DNA of 64,000 nucleotides from Iphione sp. A-MEVVRFRX5 (Eukaryota): NCBI GenBank assembly GCA_976226885.1, contig OZ320313.1, positions 77,190,001 to 77,254,000 of the forward strand, read 5' to 3'. Shown piece by piece: positions 13,465 to 25,487 of this stretch (position 1 is its first letter; each line of letters starts with the position of its first letter). The notes under the pieces were generated by a model. It saw only the letters and a program-made list of their open reading frames with translations, ran no database searches and was not told where the DNA came from. The position numbers and the translations under genes were made by a program.

Positions 13465-13715
13465 TTCTTGACCGGCGTCTGTGTACAGCTGTAGGAGTAG
13501 TTTCTTGCGAGCCGTCCAAATGGTAGATGATGTACGAGGACCGGCGGTATTGCACTGTTGTGAATCCAAACATAAACAAGGCAGGAAGATTCCGCAGGAA
13601 CTGGCAATGCTAAAACGGAAATATGTAATATTCCTCGGGTGACTTGTAAAGCACATGGTGCCATACTCACCCATCTTTCAGGATCTCTAGTAACACAATG
13701 TGCAAAGCTCACTTG
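13465..13715 (-). other. Candidate exon pair of an unidentified minus-strand gene
   Basis: 61-nt GT-AG intron 13670-13610 (GTGAGT...TTTTAG); exon 13609-13465 ends at GTATGA and is open in all three frames, so the frame and product are unresolved. Confidence 0.3.
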
Positions 13716-13872
13716 CTACAGTTGAAACCCTATTTGCAACCACACCAATTTACGACCATTCACGGTTATGACCATCTCAGGTGGGAACAAAAATGATTTC
13801 TATACATTTGGTATCCTATTTGTGATCAAATTTGCCAATGCAACCATCTGAGCTTGGCACAGTGCAGTGGTC

Positions 13873-14212
13873 AGGCAAAAAAAAATATGTGTGTTTCTGG
13901 TAACCCACCCCTAACTAGTAAAACCTCACCCTACCTAAAACATTTTTGGCCCAAAAGAGTGTCCAAGGCTTAGATACATGTTTTCACGGCACATGTTTTT
14001 GGTAAATTCAATAGAAAAACAACCAAATCCATGCAAATTCAGCAAAAAACTGTAAATTGGTCAAAATTATTCATATTATCTTTATTATTTTTGAAAACCA
14101 GAGTAAGAAAGTGGAAAGAAGATTTAAAAAAAGAAAAAAAAGATACCCCCCTTCCCTACCTAGGTTTTTGGGTGGCCGTTACCAGAAACACACCTATTTT
14201 TGGGGGGGGCCT
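13873..14212. mobile_element. AGGC(C)AAAAA...GGTAACC-TIR MITE
   Basis: Termini AGGCAAAAAAAAATATGTGTGTTTCTGGTAACCC and GTTACCAGAAACACACCTATTTTTGG..GCCT; body similar to 47672-48019. Confidence 0.75.
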
Positions 14213-14555
14213 CATAAAGAGGGTGTTGTCTATGCTCATTTTCAGGTGAGGTGCATCTATCCTTGGAACTGGTGTTGACTCTAGTAGTTCTGTTCATTAC
14301 ATCTTCATCTTTCTTTTGTTGATTACTACATCCATCCATTGTCTACTTTGCAACAATATATGTACTCAATGTCTAAACATTTGATCCATATCAATTGGCA
14401 TTTTATTTGGAATAAAACTTAAAGCGAAATGCAATGAATTTGCCAAGGTATTATGATATAAGCTTCCATAAAACCCTATTTACAACCACCACCCTGTGCC
14501 AAGTTCAGATGGTTGCATTAGCAAATTTGGTTGCAAATAGGGTACCAAATGTATA

Positions 14556-14754
14556 CAGGCTCGTAGACAAAGGGGTATCGGGGTATCGCCTGATACCCCC
14601 CAAAGAAGCCAAGAGTTCCACTTCACTAGGCCTCTAGCTATGTCCTATCTAACCAGGAGTTCCACCTCTCTTGCCAGGAGTTCCACCTCTCTAGCTAAGA
14701 GTTCTGCCTCTCTAATTTGAGATACCCCCAGAAGACTTCCTGGCTACGGGCGTG
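14556..14754. mobile_element. CAGGCCC-TIR family MITE
   Basis: CAGGCTCGTAG ... CTACGGGCGTG; internal GAGTTCCACCTCTC repeats are related (as reverse complement) to sequence in the 6274 and 46723 copies. Confidence 0.7.
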
Positions 14755-14999
14755 TGTATGGAAATCATCATTTTTGTTACCTTGAGATGGTCGCAAATAG
14801 CAAATGATTACAAATGGATGTATTTGCAAATAATAGGGTTTCAACTGTAGGTCTAATCAGAATTCTGAGATGGTAATCACTATCATCAAAGGTTATATTG
14901 TCATAATCATATATGATGAAATGTTTAAGATTTTTTTTCTATACAATTCGTAATTATGAGGTGATCGAAGTCGAAATGTTGAATATCTCAAACGAATCA

Positions 15000-15311
15000 A
15001 TATTGGCGATGGTTGGGTCTGGTAATTGCATTGGCCGGATAGCACCGTTGGCTGGCTGAGATGGCCGACTTCCACAGCGTGATGTCCAGCGCGATGCACA
15101 GAACTACCATTCGCGGAGCTGCACGCTTTACGTCAGAAATCTGCATACGCCCCGCGCCACGTGATAATTCAGGAGTTCTTAGCTTACCGTCGAGTCGCGC
15201 ATGAACGCTAGATTAATAGGGCAGCAGCAGCAGCAGCAGCAGCAGCAATTTGGTGGTTCACGCACATAGGCCTCCCAAGGAAAAACATCGTCATCTTCAA
15301 GACTACCAACA
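15000..15311. promoter_or_regulatory. CpG-rich putative (bidirectional) promoter / 5' region with (CAG)8
   Basis: Local CpG enrichment, CACGTG near 15158, (CAG)8 at 15222-15245. Plus-strand ATG 15312 with donor G|GTACGC at 15345; minus-strand ATG 15202 (MRDST) with donor ACG|GTAAGC at 15188. Confidence 0.4.
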
Positions 15312-17503
15312 ATGTTTCGCCGAATGTTTGGACATAGGAATAAAGGTACGCACCATCACATTCAGTATAGAATAGAGAAGTGTATAAGTATAGTAAATCT
15401 GCTACACGAAACCGGTAAAATACAATTTAAATTTTATGACAGTAAGGCTCGGATTTGATACCTGCAGCGAACCAGAATCAGAAAAAAGAATGTTTTCTTC
15501 AACTGATATATAATACTCAAACCGTGTCATATTGTCGACAGTTTAGACAAATAGATTGGGGACTTGAATACACGTATAGTATATCTGTATTACATATTAG
15601 TGACCATTTATGCAAAATGATGTTTGAAGCCTCTTCTCGTAAATGAGACTTCGTGTAACAGAAGAGCGCATGTTTGCATTATCACAACAGCACCTGCTAA
15701 GTAAAGTGATCATGTAAACGTAAGAGGCAAGGTAAGGACGGAATTAAAATTAGTTTTATTTACACTTAACGCTTTCCCAGAAACCACTTGAATCGTCTGC
15801 ATGTTATACACTTATGTTGTGAATGAAGGCTGTAGACAAATTATATTCAATGTTGCTAAACCAAATGTTAGCTGCACAGCTGAAATGACGCACCTCATCG
15901 AGGTTTCGACCGTTCGTCACGCCTTATCGGATTGGAAAGCAGGACCTGACTAATTTACAGGTGACACTGCCAATACTGCTCTGGAGCTTGACGATAGGTT
16001 TCATTATGGCCTTCTGTGACGTTCACCAGATTAAGCTAGCAGCTAAAAGCCCCATTGTTAGAACAAAAGTACTATCCAAGTCACTGTATACATGTGCTTA
16101 CAAAGAATGGTACGACGAAGTGAATGATTTGGTGGGAAATGAAAGCCTGCGTCCGAAGGTCGACGTAATGCTTCCATTTCTTGAGCATCGCCCAATGGTA
16201 AGAGGTATGACGAAGGCCTACCTATAGGTAGGCTACATTACGTAAATCATGCCTTATAAACCCACCCAACCTTCAAGTTGTCATTCCCTTTGTCATTAAC
16301 TGCTGCATTTGTTCGGACTCCATCGTAGTTCTTTGGACGCATGCGATTTACAGTGTGTTTCATTTTAACGTTTTACACATTTTAATTTGCAAATGTCAAT
16401 AGCCATTCATCAATGTTCATTGAATGATAAATTATATTTGACCAAAACCTCAGAGCAACAACCACGATTCAATCTCGCAAACTCAATCATAGGCTGTTTT
16501 GACCATGGATTTAGCTAATGCACATAGGGCGGGCCCTGGATCTAAAAAATGTAACATTTAATAACACAAAAAATAGAAAATCTTTCCTCAAAATTCTCCT
16601 TCAGATGGACAAACGACCAAAGTACTGACCCTGATACTACTGTTTCTGATGATGGTATTGCACAGCCAAGGAGCCAGTAGTTATCCACCTCTCTTCAAGG
16701 CTCGACAGAACTATGAAAGTCGAAGAAATATAAAAGCCCTCAGCTCGAATGTATTCACACGGTTCTTAAGACTGACACCAAATGCCTTCGAAAGTAAAGA
16801 ATCGCAGGTTAGTGAAAGTTTTGTACACTTGGAAATGACGTTCTTTCTATCCCTTACGGTTTGTGGACATAAATATATTTCTGGAGGTTAAAATAAGTGT
16901 CTCATTGGTATGCAGTGTTGGGACACCATTGGGACAGCCTAGGTATGAGAGCAGTCCAAGAATAGGGACATTTTGAACAAAATATGTTGTGTTTCCTCTA
17001 AGTTCTCTGAAATGGGGAGAGATCAGAAATGGGCTGAGAAACAGCCAGTTTCTATTATGTCCCATTTCTAAAGTTCCATTGTAATTTTCTATATCAAGGT
17101 ATAGGACAGCGAAACACTTGTAGAACGAATGTAAGCAGAACAAATCACACAATGCCTATCCGTTGATGAAAATCACCAGACCAGTGGATGGGACTTGTTT
17201 ACTGATCATTTATATAAAGACACCGAGTAAACCTGAGTGCACAGCCCACCGAGTAAACCTGAGTGCACAGCCCACCCACGAATACATTGCAGTCGATACC
17301 TGGCATACAGACCGTTTTCCAAGGTCTTCATCTGCCAGCATTCATCACCCTCTGTCCTCCGCCCGACTGTCACGTTGTTTGCTACCATTTACCTAGAATT
17401 CACCTACCATCCTAACCCATGGCCTACTCGCCGCAATTGCTGCCCACTCGCACTGGAGGGGCTTGCACAAAATAATAGTGGGTGGCGCGATTGCCCACAC
17501 TAG
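15312..17503 (+). CDS. Candidate spliced gene for a small secreted or membrane protein (structure unresolved)
   Basis: Exon 15312-15345 (MFRRMFGHRNK, phase 1) joins in frame to exon 16605-16807 (GQTTKVLTLILLFLMMVLHSQGASS..., phase 1 in, phase 0 out). Further candidate exons at 15662, 15961-16197/16204 (VTLPILLWSLTIGFIMAF...) and about 17330-17503. No recognisable family. Confidence 0.35.
17221..17273. repeat. 26-bp exact tandem duplication
   Basis: CACCGAGTAAACCTGAGTGCACAGCC twice. Confidence 0.9.
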
Positions 17504-19424
17504 CTGTCACATTCGATTGCGTCAGGAGTCGGAATACGCATCATTAATACGGGAACCTGATCGTATTTACTGTCTCGCATGTTAGATATTCATACATGTT
17601 ACGATGTCCATGGCAATTTGTTACACAACGTTAGGAGAAATATGCGGACCAGATAACAGGATACCACCCTGGTATTCACAGTTATCGATGTATACCCCTA
17701 TATGATGAAACATTTCAAAGACAGGAAAAAGATATACCAACCGTTAATATATATAGAGGGTAAAACCAGTACATACAAACACCTTGATAGCCAGATAAAT
17801 AGACAATTAGAGCATAGTGGCAAATATAATCGCAGATAAGACGGTGTTCACATGTATCTATACTTTTCTATGTCTCCAGACCTGTAGACATAGCTTTTTG
17901 TATCCATCCTGTATATATCTTATATCAAATGTGTACATGTGAACCGACCCTAATAGAGGCCATTGCGTGTATCCCTGGTAATGGCAGAGGTGACCTACGT
18001 GGTTTGGGTGCTTGGAGACCTGCAAACCCCCTCATTTCTATACTTAAGGGCGTGAAATATGAGATAAACTCTTCCTTTGTTTTTTTAAGTGAACAATCAA
18101 CTAGTCGTGCACATTTTTCATAATTCTTTCTGTATGCTTTCTATTTTTCTCTCTTCTGAACTGTCATCTAGCATCATCCATTCTTGATGTCAGTTTATTG
18201 TAATACATGTATATTCCTGTCCTGTTTTAATTTCTATTTGACATTTTCTCGCCATGAGAAGCCATAAACTTGGTAAGAAAACATTGCAGGGCATTAAAAG
18301 TGTTTGCATTAGATCCAGTTCAGTCTCGCCTTTATTAAGGTTCATGAATTTTGAAAATCAGACCATTATCTCTAGAATTATGAAATATTACAAAATACAA
18401 ATGTCAGAGGATTTAGTGGAATTTTACCCATAGGAACAAATGCTTGCAGCTAACTGAAATATAGTGCCAACAACAACTATTGTTAATATATTTAGCCGTC
18501 ATTCATACAATATAACTATGTTTTATCTATTAAATTTATAGAAAGCGGTTTGTAAGTAAATGTATGACAAATGTATTGATAACGTTCAAAATATATTTTG
18601 CGGATGATGGCATATTCTAATCAACACTACAAAACTAATAAACAGGATAAATGTGTTTGATAATTGTATTGTACTTATTTATTGTGTAGGGGCAGTCATA
18701 TTAGCAGAAACCAGGAACTATCATCTCCTGACAGCGACGGAGGAGGAGAGACAAAGAAAGAGAGAGAAAAATAGATTTATTGTTCCAAACCCATTTATTT
18801 TCCCCTCATTTCCTGCTGTCCTCATTTATATGTCATTGTCAATTCTTTCCATGTTGCTAATAAATTTCTTTATTATTTTCATCTTCCCCTATGCTCAGTA
18901 ACTAGTTTCACAGTAGTGTTACTGCATACAATAGTGGAGGGATTGTTTCAATTCATTTTCGACTTCACAGATTCAGAAACAATATATACATGTCACATCA
19001 AATACATACTTAAAGGTCACTCTTTCTTGTAGTATGTGTTCTTTTCTCTTATTTTATCTCGCCCGAGAATATTTTTGTACTGTGTGTTGTCTTTTTCTCG
19101 ATGGAAGTATTTATATAACAGACATTTAAGTCAAATTGTTGAGGAGATGTGAGATTTCATCTGGGTGGTTGCAACTCTTCAATGAAGTCTCAATATAGCA
19201 TTTCAGGTCAAACAGAATGAGGATTGTTCTCCTTGGATCCCCAAGTTGTACTAAAATGGTGGTGGGTAAAATAGTGGCGATTTCCTGTAACGTTTGGGGA
19301 GAGTTTCCAAAAAGCCTCGAGGGGAGGAGAGCTGTGAAAGTAAGGAATGCATGGAAACAAAAGAAAATGTGCAAGGGCAGTAGAAACTACATGCAGGCTA
19401 GAAGGGATGGGTAGTGACAGAGGT

Positions 19425-19590
19425 GGGGAGTTAGCTCACTGGTAGAGCACTGGTCCACTGACTGAGAAGTGGCAGTTTCAATCATGGGCCTGGGACTCTT
19501 GATTAAGACCAGACAGATTTACTGTAGCCCCAACCCACAGTGGTCCACAACTCATAGAAAGGCTGTGGGTGTATAGGATTTTGTCCTCTA
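19425..19590 (+). mobile_element. tRNA-derived SINE-like repeat
   Basis: A-box TAGCTCACTGGTAGAGC and degenerate B-box GTTTCAATC followed by non-tRNA body; no intact cloverleaf. Confidence 0.6.
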
Positions 19591-20341
19591 TGCAATAAAA
19601 GAACACAGAAACCTATTCAAAATAAGAGTAAGAGGCAACCCCAGGTATTCTGGGCTCTCAATTTTCAACGATAGATGGTAGTATGTTATCCCAGGAGAAT
19701 ATGGAAGAGCCAGGTCATGTGATAGGGAATATCTAGTTCCTGGTAAAAGATATAATGAAAATGAAATGAACAAATAAACACAAGGTATAGAGAATGGATA
19801 GGAACTGTGAGGCAATAAATGGAAACTCTGGGAGTGGGAATCATTCATCTTTTTCTTTCTCTGCCTTGTCTGTCTCTCTAAGTAACTTTGTAAGGAGATA
19901 ATGGACAATTACGAACCCCGACTAATACACCTATATAAGTGCACAAGAAATAATGATTTATTTATAAAACACTTATGATATAGATTAGTCTTACGAATTG
20001 TTAATCTTACTAATTATTATGAAGAGTAGTAGTAAAATATTTGTCCATATTAGCAGTAAATTCATCATGTCGAAAACCTACTATATAAAAATTTAATAGA
20101 TTATCAATTTATAGCAATGGCAAGTATATACATAAAAAGTAAACACGTTGCTGCCATGTTTCAGCTAACTATAGTAGAATTTCAAAAAATCTTGTATTTC
20201 TATTATGTAACATTTCATAATTTTAAAGCCAGTAGTCCAATTTTCAAAAATTAAAAATGAATACAGCTGAGAGTGCACTGGATCTGGTGTACCTACTTTT
20301 AATGTTATACAAGAATTTTAACAAATCAACCTCACATTGCT

Positions 20342-20519
20342 TAGGCCGGAAAACAATATCTGTAACTCGACCAACCTTGATGATAGAGGGGTTAACAAAC
20401 CGAGAACCAGCCAAAACAAGCCAAAATAGGCAAAAAAAGGCACAAAAAACTTCCTACTTACTAACCCTATATATATTTGTTCAGCCCATCACCAGAAATG
20501 CAGAATTTTTTTCGGCCTA
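20342..20519. mobile_element. Small MITE with TAGGCCG(G)AAAA TIRs
   Basis: TAGGCCGGAAAA ... TTTTTCGGCCTA. Confidence 0.6.
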
Positions 20520-20577
20520 TTAAAATATATTTTTCAGTTCGAAACAAGCAATTAGTTAAAGAAGGGCTTTTTTTCTT

Positions 20578-22566
20578 AGGCCAAAAAAATAGATAGGTTT
20601 CTGGTTACCCACTCCTACCTAGAAAAACTGCACCTGACCTAAAATTATTTTTTGCCTCAAAGAGTCCCCAAGGCTGAATTTCCTTAGATGTGCTTTTACA
20701 GTACATGTTTTCATGACCATATTTTCTTAGGCAGTTGGGCATGTTTTCACAGGCAAGGGTATCATTTATACAGTATTTTTATGCACATTTTTTCAGTCAA
20801 TTTGATGAAAAAATGAATTCCAGGCAAATTTATCAAAGAAACTGCAAAACTCATGTACATTGGGTTTATAAAATGGGGGGAAACAGTGAATTTCATGTAA
20901 AGTGGGCCAGAAAGAAGGAAAATGGATGTAAATTTGGCTGTGAAATGGCACATCTCATGACATTTTCACCTAAAAACAATGAAATCTGTGCATTTTTGAC
21001 ATAAAAATGATAAAACTGGTCAACAGATGTGAGGAAATGTCAGAAAATATTTTATTTTTTTCACATAAAACATAGCAAAGAGGGATATTTCAATCTCACT
21101 CTTCCCATACTGTTGTACAAAACATGCATACATGGCCATAAAAAATGGGAACCTTTTAAGTCTAAAAACAAAGTGGCATGCACATAAGAACATGTTACAC
21201 TGTACACACTACACGGTACATGCATGTAAGGAAACAGTCCTAGTATGATCCAGAGTTCACCAAAATACACACTGTCATGGCCATGAAAACACATGCCTAA
21301 GGAAATTCACAATTTAGATAACAGACAGAGGAAGAGAAAAATACACAAGGCCAATACAAAATAGACTTTCAATCTTAAAATGTTGTAAACCAATGTGAGT
21401 CATTTGCTTAGAGTACAAGTGATTTGTTTTAGCTTATTTGCTGTAAGATGCAGCAATATCCTCTTCCAAGTGATGCAATTGTGAGTTGCGAGGTTGGAAC
21501 ACCAAACCCTCTATAGTTAATAGGTAGACATAGAGACATGCTCCTGTGATGAGATTTTCATGACATCACATAGTATGTTGCCAAGAGATCATCAATGATC
21601 ATCATATACAGCAAACAATGGTGAAATAATATTAAACAAATCTTATTTCTTCCCATGGTCTTGAAAGTACCTCATCAGGCATCACTTTTTTGGTTTATTT
21701 CATGGTATCAATAGAATCCACTAACTTTGCACTGATATAGCCTGGATTAACTTACCAGTGGTTATGGCAGTGCCTGGATCCTCGAATAGGGATCATACAC
21801 ATATGATTGATGATTATATGTGCATGTTATTAGCATCTCTCCACCTATTTCCATATGTTTAATTAGTTACAGACGGTGATGAAAAAATGCTTTGACAAGG
21901 CAAGTGCTGGACTTCCATTTCTTTTCACCCGTAATATGATGTCAAATCCATTATGTGCAGACCTACTGGAGTATTATGAAGACTTTGTATCCAATTGTAT
22001 TCAATCAGATCCCTCAATTCTTTTGCTTTTTTGCTCTCAGGATGAGAGTGAATGAAATCAACAATGTACATGTATATTTCAATATCACATATCCCATGAT
22101 GGCCAATGCTGCTACAATGTATAGCTACAAAGGCTCCATTCCCACCTCTGGCAATGTTACCAAAGTGGCCTTGGAACCTGCCCATCAGTCTGTTCTTTGT
22201 TTGGCCCACATACTGTTTACTGCATTTCTTACATCTGATGTAGTAGATCAAATTTGAACTTTTGCATGTTACATTATATTTGGTAGTATATAACCTGTTA
22301 TAATCTGCCAGTTATTCAGCCTGGTTGATTCAGACAGGGACAGTATGTGCTCTTCTTAGTGTCGCAGATGGAAAAAGAATGTTTTAGCCTATTCTAGAGA
22401 GATGAGCTGACAAGGCCCCATGAAAACCCCATGTAATGGCTCTTCCATTGGCTGATATATATATTTTTACATGTATAACAAAATCCCCCTCTCCCTAAAA
22501 AATCCACCTCTCCCGACCTAGGTTTTGAGGTGGTTGTAACCAGAAACACACCTATTTTTTTGGCCT
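20578..22566. mobile_element. AGGCC-TIR element with nested Penelope-like fragment
   Basis: AGGCCAAAAAAATAGATAGGTTTCTGGTTACCC ... GTAACCAGAAACACACCTATTTTTTTGGCCT; same family as 13873 and 47672. Confidence 0.7.
21925..22260 (-). pseudogene. Penelope-like element GIY-YIG endonuclease remnant
   Basis: IYYIRCKKCSKQYVGQTKNRLMGRFQGH...RDLIEYNWIQSLHNTPVGLHIMD matches the PLE GIY-YIG pattern (CxxC, YVGQT, R..EH-like, E..WI..L...P.GLN-like). Confidence 0.85.
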
Positions 22567-23329
22567 TATCGAAAAAGGTGCCATTAGGCTGCATCTTGAA
22601 TTAACTAATTGAAAAATCTTACCTGGGCGTCTTATTTATCCTTTCACATGACAAAATTTACCTCTGCACATTAACAGTGTGTCGGGTGCTACATATAATA
22701 AGATTTTGTCATTGAACAATAAAATATTGTTTGGTGCCAGGTAATGTATTACGAAAGTAAACATGCATACAAACCACACTGCCATAAGCTATAAGCAGGG
22801 AATATGTAGCCTGGGACAAAGTAGGCAAGTAGAAAAACATCTTGTCTACTTACGGACCGCTTGCGTCGCTGCTAAAGCCATGTCTTGACTCCTTTTTCCA
22901 TGTTATAAAGTAAAGTTGCGATAGCTGTGTGGTTCTCAACACCCAGGAGGCTATGGGAAGTTGCCAACCAAGATAGAACAGTCCAAAATGCGGCCAAGGC
23001 ATGTACTGTAGGCTTCAATTGTCATAATAACCTGTCGTCACATGGGATTAAAAGTGACTACATTAGGTAGTACTCCATATAAATGTAAATATGCTGACTA
23101 TTTGCTTGGATATTTTTAGACTTGGCTATACAATATAATATAGCACAGGATGCTCCAAATATTCTCATCGTATTGGCTATATTTGTTTCCGTCCTGATGG
23201 CTCTCTGAATTCATGATTCACCTCTACGGTCGACACTGGCATCAGCTTCTACTGGTATGCATGCATATTTGAAGCTACAGACCGCGCGTCACACCGACCA
23301 ATATAACCTCGTTCCTTTCTCATTTGCAG

Positions 23330-23485
23330 TGCGTTTGGCAGGGGCAACGATGCAATCCTTTCGGCGCACCGTGTTGCCCGGACATGATGTGTCTCAATCT
23401 GGTATGGGGATACTGCATTCCTGGACGGGAGGTCTGCCTCTGTTTGCCTGTGAAGGGAGCAGATACATACGCAATGGCTCGCTGA
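23330..23485 (+). CDS. Orphan exon encoding an inhibitor-cystine-knot (knottin)-like peptide
   Basis: Strong acceptor TTCCTTTCTCATTTGCAG|, then CVWQGQRCNPFGAPCCPDMMCLNLVWGYCIPGREVCLC...*; C-x6-C-x6-CC-x4-C-x7-C spacing; AATAAA at 23576. No upstream signal-peptide exon could be linked. Confidence 0.45.
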   Translation, partial: CVWQGQRCNPFGAPCCPDMMCLNLVWGYCIPGREVCLCLPVKGADTYAMAR

Positions 23486-25070
23486 CAGGAATCTCCACTG
23501 TGGCAGAAATCAGTATTTGCCAGGGATAATGGTCCCACCATGCTATCGGCTTGTGTAAAAGTTAGCTTCGTCTGCAATAAACAGTGGTGGATTGAGACAA
23601 ATATTTATTAATTGTACTACCTTTTTCACGTAACTTGCATTACAAGTAATCATGTTTTATTTTGTATACATAATACATAGGAAATGTTTAATGATACTGC
23701 CAAAAAGAGCGGCTTTTTTCTGATTTATATTTTCCTCATTGCTGTTCAATTTTGAGCATTATTTTTTCATTTACATGTACATGTTTTTCATTTGGTATAA
23801 ATGTATTTTATTACGTAATAATTATATTACTATATTATGGAATTAATTATACAACCATTTGAAGTTAATTACTTAAAATGATTGGCTGTCATGTGCAAAA
23901 GTGTTCTGTGTTACTTAATGTAATACGTATAACTATGTTTCCGGGGAATTTTATTTCTTTTAAAGTATATGTGGGCCCTACTATATTCTTTTGACAGTTA
24001 AACATTTTGTTTTAGATAATCATCAGCTTATGCAATTTACAATCTGAACACAATTAATTATAAGTGAATCTAATTATATGGGCCTCCTTATATTCAAACT
24101 AATTGTACCATTTCTTAGTTGATGAAATTTATTCGAAGTTTCCGTAGTTTCATGTTGTGTGACAGTTAATAAACACATTGGATGTAGTGAAATTACAGAC
24201 AGGATCTACCTAGATTTACGTATTTTTGATGTAATAATACACCTTTTCAGCTTTGGACAAAAAAGATACAATATACAAGTGCATTTGCTGGGCCCCTGCA
24301 TTTATATAAACAAATACAAGGGCAAACATGCAAAAATATCCTCTATGCCTCAGAGCAAAACAGTGTTCCAAGCAAATTTCCACACCCTGGCACTGTGATT
24401 AAGTAACCTTTTTTTAACTGATCCAAGAAAAGGGAAAAGAATTACCAAATTTTTATCGGCAAACATAATTTCTTCTTGTCCTCTAATTATCTACTAATAG
24501 ATTAGATTAATGCGTGCAGTAGCTGGAAAGTATTGAGGATGAAATATTGCTGGAAACCCCAAATATTTCTAGACGTTCCCTTCCTCGGCATTGAGAAAAT
24601 AGGATTAGTCCACAATAGCGTCACCATTATACAGTGGTCATCAAGGAAATGACTACTGTCTACATCAGTTGCCATCACTGTCCAAACGGGCGTGTGCGGA
24701 CAGACATATACCGGTATATCAATAGGCAATGAGTTTATACAGTCCTGCTCGTACAGTATAAAATAGACTTTCTCTACTGATACACCTTTATTCCTTGTAC
24801 ATAACATGACCAGGTATAGACCAGTCGAGTGCCATCTTTCAGTAGCGATACAGTTCCGTAAATCACCAACAAAATTACCAACAGAAACAGAAGTTTGACA
24901 GAACAATCATTAATGTCATCCACACTTACTGAATCCATACGTAACTTTGGTATCTACAGTGTCTGGAATTAATGTGTCTATTGTAGTGGTCTTGCATGTT
25001 CCATCTACCTTTACGCTCTATGTTCTCCCCATGTGCATGTTTAACTTTATGAAGATATTTCCCGTCTTGG

Positions 25071-25190
25071 GGAGCTAGCACTCAACAGGAATTGAACCCC
25101 AGACCTTTGGCATGAGAGGTCAACACCTAACCGTCTTAGCTAAAGGGGAAACCTCATTAGCCAAGAGCTAAATGTTGACCTTGTTGCCTC
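25071..25190 (-). mobile_element. tRNA-like (SINE-type) repeat
   Basis: Minus strand CCTTTAGCTAAGACGGTTAGG...GGGGTTCAATTCC (A- and B-box-like), with a degenerate acceptor stem. Confidence 0.5.
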
Positions 25191-25329
25191 ATTAACTTAA
25201 CACATGGATTGTCCAGACCTGGACGTGGGGGCATGGATATCGGGAAGACTGAACTCATGTATTTTAATAGGAATGTACCTATGCACGTGGGTTACAATGC
25301 GAGAACCCCAATATCAGAGATTGGAATAC

Positions 25330-25362
25330 AGTAGAATAGAATAGAACAGAATAGAATAGAAT
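25330..25362. repeat. (AATAG)n microsatellite
   Basis: AGTAGAATAGAATAGAACAGAATAGAATAGAA. Confidence 0.9.
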
Positions 25363-25487
25363 TTTGTGTAATGTATGGTGAAATTGTGCATCTTTTTCTT
25401 CAAAGTGGAGCATAATGGTGAAAATTTTGCATTTTTTATGCAAATGTTATGCAGCTTAGGTAATCAATATTAAATAATTAACATATA

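Larger units (their letters stand above)
13719..14847. mobile_element. Tc1/mariner-type (TA TSD) MITE containing two nested MITEs
   Basis: TA|CAGTTGAAACCCTATTT ... ATAGGGTTTCAACTG|TA; internal inverted segments at 13800-13870 and 14470-14555. Confidence 0.8.

Noticed and set aside
19425-19500. Possible tRNA genes (also 25075-25150 and 56100-56177)
   Set aside because: A and B boxes are present but the acceptor and anticodon stems do not pair properly; treated as SINE heads.
21620-21690. CTGATGAG on the minus strand downstream of the Penelope GIY-YIG, a possible hammerhead ribozyme
   Set aside because: No GAAA directly after a closed stem II and no convincing stems I and III by eye; an Infernal hammerhead search would be needed.
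23091-23210. Hydrophobic stretch DAPNILIVLAIFVSVLMAL* as the knottin signal peptide
   Set aside because: It ends in TGA and the downstream donor (after 23255) is out of phase with the Cys frame; it cannot be joined without assuming errors.
24502-24906. 134-aa minus-strand ORF
   Set aside because: No recognisable domain, non-ATG start and no clear splice support.
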